Origin: Octopus bimaculoides
Lineage: Eukaryota
Assembly (NCBI RefSeq): GCF_001194135.2
Contig: NC_068989.1
Span: 84,455,729 to 84,491,981, forward strand
Direction: 5' to 3'
DNA: 36,253 bases
The stretch's first letter is position 1, and every line of letters begins with the position of its first letter. Below, one piece after another: positions 32,864-36,253 of the stretch. The translations under genes were made by a program, and so were the position numbers. The notes below the pieces were generated by a model. It was not told the DNA's origin. It ran no database searches and saw only the letters and a program-made list of their open reading frames with translations.

Positions 32864-33211
32864 TAAGTGAACTTTTTCTAACACATGGCCATGATGCTGT
32901 TTACCGTGTGTGTGTGTGTGTGTGTTTGAAAGAGAGTAAGATATGCAGTAACAGAGATGGATCCAGAGATATGTAGGGGTGGCTGCAATGAGTGAGGGTC
33001 AAAAGTGCAGAGTTGGATGAAATCTGTGCATTCTCTGCTCTCATGATTATTATTGCAGCTGAACAGTCCTGTAGTTAGGGGAGTGGAAAGATGGGTGTTA
33101 GGAAGATGAGATGTGGGGAAAGATTCACAGGGACAGATTGGGGGCAAGGGCAGGGCCTGATGAGTGTATAGGCATAAACCTAGGTCTTCACTTTCATCAA
33201 GACCAGTAGGT

Positions 33212-34350
33212 CTTCTTAAGCACAGCAATTTTGGTTCTTTATCATCTCTGTGAGGCTCTACATATCCCATGTTCTCCTGGGTGTTCCACCCCTCCAAGTT
33301 CCATCCATTTTTAGCAATCAACACTTCTTTATACAGTTGTTCTCGTCCATATGCATCGCATGACCATACCAGTGCAGTCTTCTCTCTTGCATACTCCATC
33401 TGAGTAGATGCACACTGATGTTGCACATCCAGTGGAACATACTACCTTCATTCTTTTCTAGTCTTCACACGACCTCTGCATTCTGGGCCCATGTCTCATT
33501 ACCATGTAGTATTGTTGATCATACACAAGCATCATACAATCATTAAGGCCAACTAATCTTAAATTCCTCTGTTGTGGCTTGAAGGACAATGATGTATAGG
33601 AGGGGACTGTGAACTGAGCCCTAGTGAACCCCTACCTGTACACTAAATTCATTGTTAGTTTCATTGCTAACCCTCACCTTACTGACAGATCCCTTGTACA
33701 TTACTTCTGTGGCTCTCACAAGCTATTAATCTATTCCTAGCTTCTTCAGGGATTACCATATAATGGAGTGAAGGACTCTGCTAAGTTTTCTCTCGGTTGA
33801 CAAATGCCACGTACAATGGCTTACTTTCAGCTAAATGCTTCTCTTGCACTTGTCTTACTAAAAATACTTCTCTCTAGCACAAAACAAAACTGCATTCTAA
33901 CCTAATTCTCTTCCTAATTAATTGGGCTTTCACTCTTTCGGTAACTTTCATGACCTGGTTCAGCAATTTGATACCTCTGTAATTATTTCTATCTAAAGCA
34001 TCTCTGTTACCCTTGTAAAAAGTTAACTGTAATGCTGCTACACCCGTTATTGGATATGACCCCTTCCTGATTAACTATACAGGCGACGAGGCAGTACCCT
34101 ACTCTGCCAGATATTTTAAGCATCTCAGCAGTGATTCCTGATGGACCAGGGGCTTTCCTTAATTCCTGTAGCATACTGCAGTCAGCTAGAATAGCCAGTC
34201 TCTCTGTTGGGTCCATGTTAGAAAGACCTTCTTTATCCCATGCATTCTCCATGTTTAGTAGTCTTTCATCGTTGTCTTTCATAGAGATTCTGGAAAGAAT
34301 CTCTAAGTGTGACTGGACCATTATCCATCTACACATACTCATCACCCAAT
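33212..34350 (-). pseudogene. decayed RTE-clade LINE ORF with a large internal deletion
   Basis: ERLLNMENAWDKEG..KAPGPSGITAEMLKISG..DALDRNNYRGIKLLNQVMKVTERV..LYVAFV..EFSVQVGVH*GSVHSPLLYIIVLQATTEEFKISWP, jump at about 33545 to LYDACV*STILHGNETW..QERRLHWYGH..GTPRRTW; many stops and frameshifts. Confidence 0.9.
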
Positions 34351-34371
34351 CTTAGTTTCCTCTGATATACT

Positions 34372-34718
34372 TCCTTGCATAGCATCTTGGGCAAGTGCCT
34401 TTTACTATAGCCTCGGGCCGACCAAAGCCTTGTGAGTGGATTTGGTAGACGGAAACTGAAAGAAGCCCGTTGTATATATGTATATATATGTGTGTGTGTG
34501 TATATGTTTGTGTGTCTGTGTTTGTCCCCCCACCATCGCTTGACAATCGATGCTGGTGTGTTCACGTCCCCGTAGCTTGGCAGTTTGGCGAAAGAGACTG
34601 ATAGAACAAGCACTAGGCTTACAAAGAATAAGTCCTGGGGTTGATTTGTTCGACTAAAGGCGGTGCTCCAGCATGGCTGCAGTCAAATGACTGAAACAAG
34701 TAAAAGAATAAAAGAATA
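34372..34718 (+). mobile_element. SINE family 1, headless, abutting the RTE remnant
   Basis: starts near catcttgggcaagtg; intact tail ggcggtgctccagcatggctgcagtcaaatgactgaaacaagtaaaaga. Confidence 0.92.
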
Positions 34719-35369
34719 TATATGCACATGAAATAATCTCATTGATCAGATCTCTTTGGATTTCAGCCTCATAGAGTTCTGCATTATACTTCTCTGTATT
34801 GGATTGCTATGTGGTCTGATAGCCAAGGCTGCTAGAAGAGCTTTCTCTGACAGTCACACTACAAATTTATATTCTTTTACTGTACACACATATTTCAGTT
34901 GATGCTATTGTAAACAGTATATGCATTTGTGTATATATACTGCTATAAATATGACTAGATTCATTCTATACACATAAATGTATGTAGTGTATTCACCTGA
35001 CCTTAGATATATGTATGTTGGCCATAAACATGTATATCCTGTGTGTATGTCGTGTACATGTGTAAACCATATACATACTGGAGATATATATATACATGCA
35101 CATATAAATGCACACACATATTTGTTCACCCTCATATACATATGCATGCACTTGCACATACTCGTGTGCATACATTTACATCCATTGTGTGAATGTTTGG
35201 CTATGAACACTCTCATAATCATCATTTTACCATCCACTTTTCCATGCTCGCAGACTCCAAGCAAGGTCCTATCTCTCCATGGTCAGACATATTTTTCACG
35301 AACAACCTCCCTTGTACGACAGTGATGCTTATTTACAACCATCAGGTGGAGTCCAGAAAAGAGTACACT

Positions 35370-35996
35370 CACAAACACACACATACACAATGGCTCTCTT
35401 TCAGTTTTTTATTTCTTTATTGGCCACAAGGGGCTAAACATAGAGGGGACATAACAAGGACAGACAAGGAGATTAAGTTGATTACATCGACCCTAGTGCG
35501 TAACTGGTACTTAATTTATTGACCCCGAAAGGATGAAAGGCAAAGTCGACCTCGGCAGAATTTGAACTCAGAATGTAACGCCAGACGAAATACCGCTAAG
35601 CATTTTGCCTATCATGCTAACGTTTCTTATTTCTTTACTGCCCACAAGGGGCTAAACATATTGTGGACAAACAAGGACAGACAAAGGGATTAAGTTGATT
35701 ACATCGACGCCAGTGCGTAAATGGTACTTATTTAATTGACCCCGAAAGGATGAAAGGCAAAGTCAACCTCGGCGGAATTTGAACTCAGAATGTAACGGCA
35801 CACGAAATACCACTAAGCGTTTTGCCTGGCATGCTAATGATTCTGCCAGCTCGCCACCCTTCAGTTTCTGCCTAACAAGTCCACTCACAAGACTTTGGTT
35901 GGTCCAGGGTTATAATGGAAGCCACTCACCTAAGATGCTGTGCAGTGGGACAGAACCCAAGACCACATGGTTGAGAAACAAGCTTCTTAGCCGCAC
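35370..35996 (-). mobile_element. old SINE family 1 copy split by the dimer insertion
   Basis: acacaatggctctctttcagttt (to 35407) resumes as ttcagtttctgcctaacaagtccactcacaagactttgg (from 35860). Confidence 0.8.
35408..35859 (-). mobile_element. head-to-tail dimer of SINE family 2 (tail type B) with 8-bp TSD
   Basis: two monomers with junction tgctaacgtttcttatttctttac (about 35615-35638), equivalent to the junction at 21141-21162; ttcagttt at 35400-35407 and 35860-35867. Confidence 0.9.
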
Positions 35997-36253
35997 AAAT
36001 GTGTTTGTGTGTTGGCATGGATGTATATTTTGCGTATATACTCAGTATATACATACAGACGTAAATAGTCAAGGATAAACGTGTATCTTTTCAGTATAAC
36101 GCAATAACACCGGATTGAGAGCAAAAACAAACACTAATACGCCGACCTTCCCTTCAATAATATCAATAATATCATAACATCGACAACAAGATTGCCACAA
36201 TAACACCACCACAATACCAACGCAATAACAACAAAAACATTGATAACATAACA

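Noticed and set aside
26545-34350. The RT segment missing from the 33212-34350 copy is the one present at 26110-26870 on the same strand
   Set aside because: Both contain the E(E/Q)FKI overlap with different sequences and the order is not collinear; independent copies, not one rearranged element
34660-34705. Family 1 tail agtc-aaat-gact-gaaac-aa-gta resembles a hammerhead 3' half
   Set aside because: No CUGANGA core upstream (tggccgc in the consensus); better explained as a terminal hairpin

Overview
Repeat-dominated eukaryotic non-coding DNA with ten N-gaps. The SINE/RTE families and microsatellite load look like an Octopus-type cephalopod assembly (inference). I find no supportable host protein-coding gene: almost all tracked ORFs are N-gap or microsatellite artefacts, and the only recognisable peptides are decayed retrotransposon remnants. 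Contents: about 15 copies of a composite tRNA-head SINE with an internal microsatellite (family 1); about 10 insertions of a second tRNA-head SINE (family 2), including two head-to-tail dimers each flanked by one target-site duplication (TSD); one full-length tRNA-Arg-like SINE with a 10-bp TSD; four RTE-clade LINE coding remnants plus isolated RTE-type 3' tails; a Dong/R4-clade endonuclease-bearing retrotransposon remnant inside a (TAA)n microsatellite; a tandem pair of TTAA/piggyBac-type MITEs; a pogo/Tigger-type MITE; and an unclassified old repeat (family 4). Most unusual signals: a near-complete minimal type I hammerhead ribozyme fold (17438-17499), a candidate recursive splice site (16373/16374), SINE dimers moving as single units, and a telomeric-hexamer insertion flanked by a 10-bp direct repeat. 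None is proof of a new system; all are testable.
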